Position numbers and translations under genes: made by a program. A DNA stretch of 64,000 nucleotides, from assembly GCA_951406725.2 (NCBI GenBank), contig OX597837.1:2232001-2296000 (forward strand). Reading direction: 5' to 3'. This DNA is from Octopus vulgaris (Eukaryota). Every line of letters begins with the position of its first letter. Positions within the stretch are counted from its first letter, which is position 1. Below are positions 12,820 to 26,126 of this stretch, piece after piece. The notes under the pieces were generated by a model. That model did not search any database. It saw nothing but the letters and a program-made list of their open reading frames with translations, and was not told where the DNA came from.

Positions 12820-12904
12820 TGATGATAATAATAATAATAGCATCATCATCATCACCGTCGAAAAATACCTTAAGAATGAGAACCCAGGTTCGAAATTTCC
12901 CCAG

Positions 12905-12950
12905 GACACCTGATGTAAACTGGGGGGTATATCAGCCGTAACGTTGTGTT
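12905..12950 (+). ncRNA. Decayed hammerhead motif of the PLE pseudo-LTR
   Basis: CAC-CTGATGTA-AACTG..CAGCC-GTAA-CG-TT-GTG; stem I CAC/GTG present; both core boxes mutated. Confidence 0.45.
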
Positions 12951-13117
12951 AACAAGAAACAATATGAAGACAAATACTCGTCAAATGTAAAAAATGTACG
13001 TAATTCCTCATCTCTTAACTACAGAACTGAAAAAGGAAAATGTTGGTAAAATTGGTAAGAAGGTTGGAACTACGTATTTTTTAAATTTCAATTATGGCCT
13101 GTGTCATCAGGAGATGA

Positions 13118-13260
13118 TGCCGGACAAAATGCTTATCGGCATTTCTTCCGGATTTACGTTCTGAGTTCAAATTCCGCTGAGGTCGATTTTGCCTTTTATC
13201 TTTTGAGGATCAGTAAAATAAGTATCGTAATTTGAGGCCTTTTGCCTGTAATTCAAAGGA
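13118..13260 (+). mobile_element. SINE local family A, degenerate copy
   Basis: ACGTTCTGAGTTCAAATTCCGCTGAGGTCGATTTTGCCTTTTATC matches the reverse complement of the copies at 16843 and 38641. Confidence 0.75.
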
Positions 13261-13392
13261 TTTTTATTTGGCAAAAATGGGTGGTGGATGTGAGACAAAG
13301 TCACACTTCGCCTTTCTAGAATTAAATTGAAATGAAATTTGAGTTGAAGGTGTTTCTGAATGAATGTATGAAATGATGTGGGGGCCGTTTAA

Positions 13393-13659
13393 CAGTGGCT
13401 CCCAAACTTTTTCAGGCTGCCACCCCCTTGACACCCATATCACATTCCTAGCGCTCCCCACCCCCAACTAACCACTACAAACATACCTCTTTCTGAAGCA
13501 AATTCAAAGCAACTGTATTTCACGAATAAAACTTAACCTAACGAACACATTATTTTGTTTTTACATGAATCGCAACTCCATTATCGCCCCACTTCAATTC
13601 TCCCTTGGAACTTGCCACCGTCCCCAGGTGGGCAATACCGCACTATTTGGGAACCACTG
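13393..13659. mobile_element. hAT (Charlie-like) MITE
   Basis: Terminal inverted repeats CAGTGGCTCCCAAA ... TTTGGGAACCACTG; TSD only partial (GTTTAA/GTTTGA). Confidence 0.75.
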
Positions 13660-14671
13660 GTTTGACAGATGTGATTGCTATCATTCAAACGACAGGAAAA
13701 TTATCAAATAATCAACAACACCGCCTGCTGGGTATGATTCTAAGTCGAAATCTCTTGTACACTTCATTGAAAATTCTATGACAAGGAATTGGTGACAGTA
13801 ATTTTGAAAGTGAAAGAAAAAAAAAGAGAGAGAGAGAATGAGAGAGAAAGACAGAAAGAAAGAAACAAACAACCAAACAAAAAGAGTGGGGAGTAGAGAA
13901 GGAAGAATCTACCGGGTTCCTTGGCTGTTGTTATTCACCGGCCCTTGAAATGATTAAAGGTAAAGCTGACGTGATTTGAACACAGAACGCAGACAACCGA
14001 AACAAAGAGCGCAAAAAGCACTTTGTCCGATGTTCTAACGCTCCTGTCACTATTGATCACCTTGATTAGTATTTTATTCATCGATCTCGAAGATATGAAA
14101 TGTAATATTGGCTTCGGTGTGATTTGAACCCGGAATATAGCGAATGAGGACAAATATTGCCACACAACCCATCCCACGTTCGAACGATGTTCCCCAATCA
14201 TGGCCAGGATTTCTTATTTGGGACACAAAATATTTTAAGGCTCTTTTATTCTGTTACTTGTTTTAGTGATTCAGCTGTGGCCATGCTGGATCACCGCTTT
14301 GAAGAATCTTTTGTGGAATAAATAGAACCCAATACATTTTTTTATTAATCTTTTGTGGGACTTTTTCCTTGTTCTTTAAATGTTTGTTCTTTAAATGAAA
14401 CACAAAAGAGAAATGGGGTAAGATAGAAGAGAAATGGTGTGTGTGTGTGTGTATGTGTGTGTGTGTGTAAGAAAATGTGTATGTGTTTGTGTACATGTGT
14501 GTGCTTCTATGTGCGCGTGTATATCTGTATCTTTGTAGTGAGTGTGGTGTGTATTGTGTATGTATGTAACTGAGTATGTGTGTCTGTCTGTATGTAGTGT
14601 GTGCGTGTACCTGTGAGGGTGTGTATGAATGTGTGTGTTTATGGGTGCGCATGTATAACCATATGTATGTG

Positions 14672-14741
<70 letters not shown>

Positions 14742-15668
14742 ATATGACAGTGTATGTTTGTGTATGTGAAAGAACACGAGAAATTGAGAGAAATGCCCCA
14801 AAAGGACAGAGAAACAGCAAAAAGGGATTTGAGAGACTAAAAGGAGTTTAATCATCCAAGAAGCTGAAGGGAGACAGGGAGGAACACACGCCCTGGCCTT
14901 TTACGTGGACTTCATGATTGGGACGAGGATAAGTAAATTACCTTGTCTAACCGGATCCCTGGTCCCCAAGACTTGCAACGTTATGGGCATCATTAGATTT
15001 ACCTAAGGGCCAAATGCTGATGGTGAGCTCGGTGATGAATTAAGACTATGACTCCAGAACCGCATCAATATAGACAACAAGCATCCGCACAGTTTCCAGC
15101 TAATGAATTTCAATCAAGAGAGTATTCGTCGAAGCAGAAATGTGCTAGAAAATTCTTGCTTAAGATACTACACATTCGCATCGAACAAGGAACCGGAAAC
15201 TGACAAGCGAATTTCACTAGATAGATAGATAGAGAGAGAGGTAGATAGATAGATAGATAGAGAGATAGATAGATAGATAGGAAGCAATGAAGGAGGATAT
15301 GTATGTATTAGTAAGAGACAAATGTTTATTAACCCTTAAAGATATATATGTTAATGCGCGCGCGTGTGTGTGTGTATGTACGTAGCACGGAATGTTGTCA
15401 GTGAACAGGTCGCGGACTCAAAGCGACGAAAATATTTTGGCAAATCAAATTTAAATGTTGAAGTGAATCTAACGATTTTTGTGTGTTTCTTAAATGGCTT
15501 ATAAACACCTTCCTCGCTGAAATTGTTTTCGCTCCAGCACATGATGTTCCAGCAAGCAAGTACTTGCTATGAAAGTACATCTCCGTAAGATATATATATA
15601 TATAATATACATATTTATATATATATATACATGTATATACATATATATATTGTATGTATATCTACTTA

Positions 15669-15720
<52 letters not shown>

Positions 15721-15904
15721 CATACTCACATGTACTCACACTCACGTACACAAACACACACAAACATACACACACATATAAATGTAACTAATATTACATA
15801 GGTGCATGCGTGTGAATACACACATACGCACGCATATATATCTAAAGATATATATGTATGTATATATGTATATATGTATGCATATATATGTATGTATATG
15901 TATC

Positions 15905-15947
<43 letters not shown>

Positions 15948-16842
15948 TTGTATTTATACAGACATACACACGCCTCACTTCACACGAAAAGATCCTCAGC
16001 CTCGATCTGAGAAATCCATCAACAAATAACATTAAATCAACTGGTTAGCCATGGCCTGTTGCTGAGGGCAACAACTCTGACGGACTTCCGGTTACGTCGG
16101 CCATTTATAACCATTCGCTCGTTTACTACCCCCACCCAGCCTCACCTCTATAAACACCCTTCCCGTTTCGCCACCAGATGTCGCCCTTGCCAATTCGTGT
16201 TACGATGCTTTACTCACTCGCTGAATGTTCGTATTGATGGCTTGTAACGTCTAAAGCCAATGACAAAAACCGGAAATGTCTACAACGACGTCCGATTTGT
16301 GTAATTTGCTTTTAGATTTATCCATTTTCTCTTTCGGTTTTTAAACGTTGTTTTTCAGCTGTTTTCGTGTTGTTCTCTTTTGTTTTTACCTTGTTTTTAC
16401 TCGTTGCCATTGTTTTTACTGTTCCCAACCGGTGGTGGTGGTATTGATCATGATCGTGGTGGTGGTGATGATGATGATCAAGATGATGATGATGATATTG
16501 GTTACTGGCTATTCGTCACGTAGCCGTTATTTTTGCTGTTAACACCATAAAAATGTGCAAATATAAGTACAGAAAGACCCACAAACGCACACACATACAC
16601 ACACAGACACTTATATATGTACGTATATGTGTATTTTGCATTTATATTTTACTGATATGTACGTATCTATATATATATATATATATACACACGCGTGTAT
16701 ATTCACTCACGCACATAGATACACATACATGCTCTTCCTTGTGATATACAGAAACACTTATACATATATACACTTATACATACACACATGCATTCATTCA
16801 TACATACATACATACTCGCATACATAAATACATACATATTTT

Positions 16843-17053
16843 TTTATTACCCACAAAGGGCTAAACATAGAGGGGACAAACAAGGACAAAGTATTAAGTC
16901 GATTATATCGACCCCAATGCGTAACTGGTACTTAATTTATCGGCCCCGAAAGGATGAAAGACAAAGTCGACCTCGGCGGAATTTGAACTCAGAACGTAAC
17001 GGCAGACGAAATACGGCTACGCATTTCGCCCGGCCTGCTAACGTTTCTGCCAG
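16843..17053 (-). mobile_element. tRNA-derived SINE, local family A
   Basis: Near-identical to 38641-38869; minus strand has B box GAGTTCAAATTCC, a central GCCTTTCATCCTTTCGGGG-like domain and an AATAAA tail. Confidence 0.9.
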
Positions 17054-17126
17054 TATATATATATGTATACATACATAGAAATATATATGTATACATACAT
17101 AGAAATATATATGTATACATACATAG

Positions 17127-17185
<59 letters not shown>

Positions 17186-18014
17186 TACATAGTTGGTTTG
17201 TTGCGTAGTCAGTTAGTTGGTTGTTCGGTTAGTTTGGTTTGTTATTTGATTTCTCCAGTCACGTTTTATCGATAGAAGGGAAAGAGCGAGTAAAAGAGAG
17301 GTACAGAGAGAGAGAGAGAGAGAGAGAGGTACACATAAGAAATGGAAAATGAGTGCACAGTTGAAAGCTGTTTGCAGACAATGGGCAAACGAACACTGAG
17401 AGAGAAAGAAAATCGGTGGAGGAGGAGGAGCATGAGGAGGAGGTAAGTGACTGACTGCTCGAGTACTTATGGGAGGATTAATAAAATGAGAAATTTGTTT
17501 TATTTAATTATATTTTAAGGTGAGGAATATATTTTTATTTGAAAATCAATATTCATTTTATAATTTTTTATAAGTACGATGAAATTTGAGAAAAGTTGAA
17601 TTATAACGATCAATTGTGGCAAACGTATATTTCCAAAGTTATCATTCACGTGACGGGTACCACACTAGTATTAGATATAATTGACAAACTCATTATGACA
17701 GAAGTAAATATAATTATAAAGAAATATTTTTAAACATAAATATATTTGACAGACAGATGCAAACTAATCAGCGATGAATGAAATATAGTTATGTACAGTA
17801 ATATCTAACATATTTGTGTACATTTGGATATGAATAGACTATACGCTGCAGAAGTAGTCTCGAGAGAAGAAATTTTCCTTGTAGACAGTATGAGTGTTCA
17901 CCGTTACGCTTCATCAGCCATGTGGTTCATGACCACTAAGAGCTGGGCATTTTAATATCAGAATAGCAAATGGTACATCATCTGATGTACGAAAAGCTTA
18001 ACCCACATAAGAGC

Positions 18015-18101
18015 AATCAGATGTCAGTGGTCGTGTACGCAACTGATGACGCGTAAGAACGCCGAAATGCATGCGTCCTACGGTCAAGTGCATATCTGGT
18101 T
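18015..18101 (+). ncRNA. Type I hammerhead ribozyme motif (slightly decayed) with extended stem I
   Basis: CTGATGA at 18043-18049; stem II GCGT-AAGA-ACGC; GAAA at 18064-18067; stem III ATGCATGCGT; UC at 18076-18077; distal stem I AATCAGATGT/ATATCTGGTT. Confidence 0.7.
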
Positions 18102-18186
<85 letters not shown>

Positions 18187-18343
18187 AAGATCTACACGCA
18201 TTGACACCTAATACTTACACCCATACACACTTACATGCACGACTATTCTGCTGAAGTTAAAATTCCAATGAAGGAACCTTGAATCTAGGTTAGAAGCCGG
18301 CTCTTTCTCCATTTCACGAAAAATCTAAAAATAAAACTAGAAT

Positions 18344-18374
<31 letters not shown>

Positions 18375-19639
18375 TCGACTAATATTTACCTTTTATTCTT
18401 CTTTAGTCTTTTTCTTTCAGTACTTTGCCCTCACCTGTATTTTTCTTTCTCTTTTCAATCTTTTCAATCGTTTATCTAAATCATACGTTTTCCTTCCTTC
18501 TCCTCTACCATTTCCTTCAAATCTCTCAATATCTTTTTTCTTCTCTCTACATCCGGGTATTTATCTCTACTTAGAATTTTCCGGGTGGTTTAAAATTAAT
18601 ATTTTTTTTGTGTTTGTTTTTTTGTTTTTGTAGTTTTACTTCTATCCTTATAACTTTGTCAAATATGCAAAAATTCAAGAATATACAGATATATATATTG
18701 AAGCATAAGGAAGGAGGGAAAATAATAAGACTATGCAAAGATATATAAAGCGATAAATTCCAGACCAAAGGGGAGAAGGGAAAGCAGCCAAATAAGGGAA
18801 ATGGTAAAGAGACGGAGAAGTGAATGTAAGGAAACGGAGAGAAATAGACTCACAATTTTACATAACAGTTGAAGAATAGGTTAAATATAAGAACATTGAG
18901 AAGTTCCAATACGATAAATGAAGAATAAAAAGAGAGGTTGAGAGAGAGAGAGAGGCATACATATATTGACAGCCGAAGGGAAAGCTGTTGAGCAGTGCTT
19001 AAATAAAATGCTGCACAAAATTCAATAAGCAAAACATATTCAAGATCTTTTTATTTTTTCCTATTATTGAACGAGAACAAATAAGTTTAACTAACGTCTG
19101 CAGTTTTCTTAAGAATTAGCTAACAGAGAGCCTTTCACATGCAAAGATTCCAAGAAGCAAGAAGAATACTAACTATTCAAAATATATTTAAAGCACTTCA
19201 AGAAACTTGCCAAAACTTTCCAAGAATTTTTCAGAGATATTCCATCTAATAACACAGTGATATCTTCAGTATTCGAGCAAACTAAAGATTTTCAAAATGA
19301 ATATATTTAACAAGTATAAAGTGATGTCAATATGAAATTATTTCCAGAGTTGCGTAAGTACCACGATTTGTGTAATCCAGAATATGACTTGGCAAACTCA
19401 ACCGCACTCAATGTTAAAGTAACGCACGTCGTACATTCATTTTTTTTTAGTATCCAGATGTACAGTGATAGGGTAGCATTAGTCTGTTTTGTTTCTGCTT
19501 TTGTGTTGTTTTTTCCTTACTCGCGTGTGTTTAATTAAATATCTGTGCTGAGGAAATATGTGTTTTATATGAGTATATACATTATGGCAAAATGTTACTC
19601 GTGTCAAAATCGGTAAAGCGAAACTTGGTGTGATGATGA

Positions 19640-19850
19640 TAGGAAATTTCAGTTGTAATTAACTCTAGCAGCTAGGGTTCTGAGATTGGTACTTGAGTGT
19701 TGAATGTCTTCCACAGTAATTAACAACCAATTATCAAAGATTATTATGAGCGGAAAGTGTCGCTGTGAGACCTTTGACGACAGGCTGTTGTCCGCTCTCA
19801 CAGAATCAACCAGACCAAACAAAAGCGAGCGCTCTGAGAAGTAAAACAAC
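19640..19850 (+). mobile_element. R4/Dong-type LINE extreme 3' fragment
   Basis: 19669-19714 matches 38420-38465 at 39/46 nt (ARVLRLVLEC* versus ARILRLIFGC*); runs into AAC/AAT repeats. Confidence 0.65.
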
Positions 19851-19908
19851 AAACGCAACAACAACAGCAACAATAATAATAATGATGTTGATGATGAGGA
19901 TGATGATG

Positions 19909-19980
<72 letters not shown>

Positions 19981-21154
19981 GGACTGGATGTTAAAACTTG
20001 TCTCAAAACACCTACTTTAAAAACTCTGAGGACTGGATGTTTAAAACTTGTCTCAAAACATGAAAACAAGAAAGCATCATACTCAGTAACAAAACAGGCA
20101 AAGGAATATCTAAGTGAATTCCGAATACAACAAATTTCGGAATTAGACATAGAAGAAACAAGCACAGAAAAAGCTAAGCGCATGAAAACCTGTGCTAAAA
20201 TTGCTGCCTTAGATATTCTGAAAACTTCTCAATGGCAAATACCGAAAGAGAGCGAATAATGCAGATGTTGACAAAGCCCTGACCCATCAATGGCTAATAG
20301 CCTCTGGCTTAAAATCTGAAACAGAAGGGTTTATCATAGCAGCTCAAGATCAATACCTACCTACAAGGAATTACCAGGCCAACATATTAAAGAACGACAG
20401 TAGCCCAACATGTCGTGTATGTCAACAACAAAATGAAACCATTGATCATGTTGTCTCTAAGTGCAGTCTTCTTGTGCCTACAGAGTATCTCAACAGGCAT
20501 TATAGAGCTGCACAATATATTCACTGGGTAATTTGCAAAAGCCTGGACTTGCCCCATGATAAAGACTGGTGGGAACACAAACCACCTCCAGTGCTTGAAA
20601 ATGACCACATCTCACTCCTCTTGAGCTTCACCATTCAAACTGACCGAAAGATAGATGCGAATAGGCCAGACACCATAGTAAAAGACTTCAGACAAAAAAA
20701 CATGCCTCCTCATTGATATGACTATCCCAATCGATATAAACGTATCTGTCAAGACCTACCAGGAACTGAGCAAATATAAAGATCTTGAAATAGAAATCAG
20801 AAAAATGTGGAACCTGAAAACTAAAACAATACCTGTTGTCATAGGTGCCCTGGGAATGATAGCAATAGGGGCTGATTGCTACATAACTCAGATACCAGGA
20901 AACCCCAAAATGGCAGAAATTCAAAAGATAGTGCTCATATCCTACGCAAAATACTTTCTATGTAATCTCAAGTTTTAAAACAAACAATTTTCGTATGTTT
21001 TTTATTTAGACATTCCCTAGTACAACACTAAGTACAAAACCAAATATATGGCACCCTAGGCATAACACCAACATGAACTTCCAACTTGCTGTCTCTTGAG
21101 GTCTCTGGGTGAGACTTGGAGCCAGCTTGTGCAAATGTAAAGCAAAAGTCAAAC

Positions 21155-21155
<1 letters not shown>
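19981..21155 (+). mobile_element. 5'-truncated R4/Dong-clade non-LTR retrotransposon (CCHC finger + restriction-like endonuclease), frameshifted
   Basis: Translates ...WLIASGLKSETEGFIIAAQDQYLPTRNY...CRVCQQQNETIDHVVSKC...RPDTIVKD / LIDMTIPID...KYKDLEIEIRKMW...PVVIGALG; (TAA)n on both sides. Confidence 0.92.
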
Positions 21156-21215
<60 letters not shown>

Positions 21216-21307
21216 TAATAGGAGTAGCAGGATGGTGGTGGTGGCGGTGGGGATTGTAATTATGAGGATGACCCGGGCCGTGACGACAAGAATCATGACA
21301 TAGCTGT

Positions 21308-21338
<31 letters not shown>

Positions 21339-21371
21339 ACTTATGACGATGATGACGATGATGATGATGAC

Positions 21372-21414
<43 letters not shown>

Positions 21415-21684
21415 ATGATGGTGATGATGATGATTATGATGGTGATGATGGTGGTAATACTGCTGCTGCTTTCATTGTTACATTTTGTTGCTGATGATAT
21501 TGTTGTTGTTCATGTTGTTACGCTTGTTACCGTTGTTGCACTTATTACTATTTATGCTGCTGCTGTTGTTGTTGCTTAAATCCAGATTAGTGTTCATTGA
21601 CAACATCCGTAATTAAAAGCGCTTCATCTCTGACCATCTCGTCGACTTTTTGACTTATTCTTTTCTCATTATGATTTTACGTTT

Positions 21685-21835
21685 TCAAATCAAATCCCGT
21701 CGACGTCGACTTTTCCCTTTCATCCTTTCTGGGTCAATACAATAAGTACCAGTCATGTATCAGGGTCAATGTAATTGACTGTCCCCCAACCCACCCCATT
21801 AACATTTATGGCCTTGTGCCTAAAATAGAAAAGAT
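21685..21835 (+). mobile_element. SINE local family A, degenerate copy
   Basis: GTCGACTTTTCCCTTTCATCCTTTCTGGGTCAATACAATAAGTACCAG core. Confidence 0.7.
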
Positions 21836-22030
21836 AAGTGATTTTCCCTTTTTTCGCCAAAAATACTGGGGCACCACCTTACTTTTTAACTCCTTTATTT
21901 GTTTCAGTTATATGACTGTCGTCATGCTGGAGCACCGCCTTAAAGTTTCACCAAAAAAAGAGAATTACAAATGTCACAAATGCGACTAGGATGTTAGAAA
22001 ACACCTACATTGCTAGAAAAGAGAGCTATA

Positions 22031-22172
22031 TACGACGGGATTTTTTCAGTTTCCATCTACCATATCCACTCACGAGGCTATAGTAGAAGAACCTTGCCCA
22101 AGGGGCAATGCACTGGAACTGAACCCGGAACCGTGTGGTTGGCAAGCAAGCTTCTTACCACACAACCAGGCC
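22031..22172 (-). mobile_element. SINE local family B fragment
   Basis: GAGGCTATAGTAGAAGA..TTGCCCAAGG..CTGAACCCGGAACC..GCAAGCTTCTTACCACAC. Confidence 0.8.
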
Positions 22173-22279
22173 CGTGGCTAACGATCCTTAAAGATTAACT
22201 GGCATTCTGTATGCTAAACGGGTGTACAGTCGATGTAATGGGGTGGTCGTGTACCCCATCACAAGAAACCAGCAATAAT

Positions 22280-23478
22280 ACTACCCTGTCAGCAACCTCA
22301 CAGCAACACCATCGCCACCACCACATCACCAATGCTAACACTACCTCCACAGCCACCACCGCCTTTACCACCACCACTATTACAATCGTCGCCACCACAA
22401 TACCACCGCCATACCGTCCCCTTTGCCATTACTACAATGACCATGTTTATCTGCTTAACCACCACTGCGACCACTGCCGCCACATTCACCATCGCAACCA
22501 ATACCATCATCGCCTCCAACCTCCAGCACCGTTATCATCATCATTACCACCGCCATCATTACAACCAGTGCCACGACAACACTACGAACACCGCCGACAA
22601 CACCACCACCACCGCCGCCACCATCATTATTAACACCTCCTACAGCAATATCACCAACACTACTACCATCAACACCATACCACCACCATCATCACTATAA
22701 TCACCATCATTATCATCATCACACTGATCGCTACTATCCTTAGTAACTCCAGTAACAACGACAATAACATCAAATTCACTACTACCAACAACATCAATAC
22801 CACAAACACAGCCTCCACCAATACCACCGTCACTGCTACTGCGACCACCATCACTCCGATCATCACTATCCTGACCAGTTCCAGCAACAGCAACACCACT
22901 ACCACAACCACTACCAGAACCACATCCACCAACTCTACCACCAATACCACCACTACCACCACCCCCTCCACCTATACCACCACCAACACTACTACCACCA
23001 CCATGCCACCACCAATATCATCAATACCACTACTATCACCACTACCAGCACTGCCACCCCCCCTCCATTAATACCACCACCCCCACTACCCCCACCAATA
23101 TCATCAATACCACCACTACCACCACTACTAGCACTGCCACCACCTCCAATACCACCACCAAGCAATTAAAACTGTAAATCCCCTGGATTTATTTCATGTT
23201 TATTCAGCCATTTTGTTTCTGGAATCGTTATTTTTTAGTTTTCTTCTGTTGTTAAATCTTTTTGTCTTAGTTTTCCTTGTAATAAACGCTGTTGTTGTTG
23301 TTGTTGTTGCTGTTCATCTTGCTGTTGTTGTTGTTGTTGTATATATTGTTGTTGGTATTCCTTTCTTGTTCCTGTCTTAAAGCTTCACAACACTTATTTA
23401 ATCATCATCACTACAACCATTGCCATCATCATCATCGTCATCAAGTTCAACCTCCTCCTCCTTCTCATCACCATCACC

Positions 23479-23512
<34 letters not shown>

Positions 23513-23690
23513 GCCATCATCATCACCATCATCACCATCATCATCACCATCATCATCACCATCATCACCATCATCATCACCATCATGATCATCGCAAGCC
23601 ATCATCATCGTCATCATCATCGTCATCATCATCATTGTTATCACCATTACCATCATCACTATCATCATCAGCTGCAGCAGCAACAGCAGT
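22280..23690. repeat. Degenerate (CAC/CAT/CAA)n trinucleotide low-complexity region
   Basis: Mosaic of ACC, ATC and TTG runs giving homopolymeric ORFs in all frames. Confidence 0.85.
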
Positions 23691-24479
23691 ATTATGTACA
23701 CCACTGAAGTGTCCCGTCCTACTGAAAATAACAGCGAAACCTCCCTTAAGTCACACGTTACAATGTCATATGAATCTTCTTTTAAACAGAAGAGAACATT
23801 GTATAATATAATCTTAGGCACACAATGTCTCCTTATCGGACATGTTGGTCAGTATTGGAATGTCACAACTAGACTCCATCTTGAATTACCAGGAATTAGA
23901 GAAAATCTTTATAAACCTTAGCAATCACCCCTGAAAGCCGAAACATAACTGGAATGTGCCCACCACCAAACAACTCAGCCAAGTACAGAAACAGTAAGTA
24001 TTGTATTTGTTGAAGGCCTTCTGGAGTGTAAATGGATAAGGATTCGTGATGGGGTCTGTATAATCAATAAAAGAGCCACTACCAGGTTACTCAAGCAAGC
24101 TAGAAATAACTGCGAAATACGCCTCACGTTCGGCTTTAGAATCTGTTTTAAAAAAATTAAGTCTAATTTGTCCCTGACATATTTTAGTCTGATTAAAATA
24201 CTAAGGAGATGGTCACCAAAAACAGGGCAGGGTTTGTGGTCCTTTATTTCAGAGTATCCGAAAGCGACTAGCAGGGGTTTGTTCTGAATGGGAGATCTTG
24301 CCAAAATTCTTACAGCATATTGAACCCTAATTATGACACCCAAAGGAACAAAGGTGATGGTGGGAGAATCCAAGAACCAAGAACCAGTAGGGCCGGAACT
24401 AGTAACTCACATGTCACCGATGCTAAAACACCTTAGAGCCATGGACACACACACAAACACACGCGCGCACATATATACA

Positions 24480-24537
<58 letters not shown>

Positions 24538-25204
24538 TATATTAAGCCTGGTACTTATTCTATCGTTTTCGAGACCGTTAAGTTACGTGGACATGAACAC
24601 ACCGGCACCGGTTGTCAAGCGGTGGGGAGGGGACAAACGCAGACACAGAGACACACACATACACACACAAATATATATTCGACGGGCTTCTCTCAGTTTC
24701 CGTCAACCACATTCACTCACAGTTCCGTTAGTCTGCTATCTAAGAGTGCTACTTTATTTTGTAGACCCAGAAACGATAAAATAAGGTTGAACTCAGCAAG
24801 GTTTGAACTCGAGGCGCAGCGCCAAAAAAAGTATAAATACTAAAAAGCCTTTCCATTTTATTCTGTAACGATTCTACTGATCTGCCATCCCGAGAAGTAG
24901 CGGCCAAGCAACAGCAACAACGGCAATAACAACACGTACCCCCGACAAACTGAACAGTGAGAACAGACTGCCACTGCGCAACCAGGATGCTAACCCTGAT
25001 TGGTCTTTAACTAAGTAGTTACGTAGTAAACCGGAAATATAGGGATCTGTAGTTACTACTCATTGTTCAACAAATTTATGATTCCCTTCGCTGCAAATCC
25101 CATTTCCGGTTTTAATTAATCTGGTCTCTGTTATCATCATCATCATCAGCAGCAGCAGCAGCATCATTATCATCATCGTCATTATTATTATTATTATCAC
25201 CATT

Positions 25205-25853
25205 ACTTTTTTTTTCTTCTTTCAAATTTGCTTCCATTTCTTGCCGAGTGTCTTCCCGACTCCTAGGGCAAAGAAACTCATAGTATACATTGGTAGGCCA
25301 TTAAACCAAACTCAATAGTTCGTTCATTTTTTTTAATTTTTTTTTAAGTTAAATTAAAATACATGAGCAGCAACAGTTCTCACATCGACAATGCTCTTCT
25401 CAATACGTGTGATGTACCAGTTAAGACAATCTTTTGCACTTCTTGCAGGGATGGTAAGCCAGGGATCATTCTCATATAATTTTCGGTTCCCTTCTTGATC
25501 ATTCCTAGTGCTCCTACGATCAATGGTATTGTAACCGCCTTGAGATGCCACATTTTCTCAATTTCAATGAGCAGGTCTTTATATTTTCTGAGCTTGTCAA
25601 ACTCTTTCCCTGAGATATTATGATCACAGGGGATGCTCATGTCGATCAATAAGCAAACTTTATTGTTTTGGTCTTTCACAACAATATCTGGTTTATTGGC
25701 CTTGATGGTTCGGTCTGTATGTACTGGAAAGTCCCACAGTTACAGCCTCAGGGTGGTGATTATACCACTTGTCGGCAGTTTTGATATTGTAATGCCGACT
25801 TATTAGCCAGTGGAGATATTGGCCAACTCTGTCATGTCTTAATTTATACTCCA
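25205..25853 (-). mobile_element. R4/Dong-clade LINE 3' fragment (restriction-like endonuclease)
   Basis: ORF 25380-25679 VCLLIDMSIPCD..KYKDLLIEIEKMW..PLIVGALG..QKIVLTGTSHVLRRAL is homologous to the 20718-20978 ORF; upstream WDFPVHTDRTIKANKPD; bounded by (TTA)n at 25854-25992 and near 25181. Confidence 0.9.
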
Positions 25854-25854
25854 C

Positions 25855-25910
<56 letters not shown>

Positions 25911-25923
25911 GTTATTATTATTA

Positions 25924-25993
<70 letters not shown>

Positions 25994-26126
25994 GAGCCTA
26001 TTAATGTTGGTTAAGCTTTGATCAGCAATGTTTGTTCATCTGGATACGTAGAGTTTCATTAATAAAACGTTATCGTCCTTAGTACATGAAGCATGTTAAC
26101 GCTTACTTCACGATATATTTATATAT

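Noticed and set aside
18980-19260. Possible hAT transposase C-terminal remnant on the minus strand
   Set aside because: Only a vague resemblance with many stops; cannot be supported by eye.
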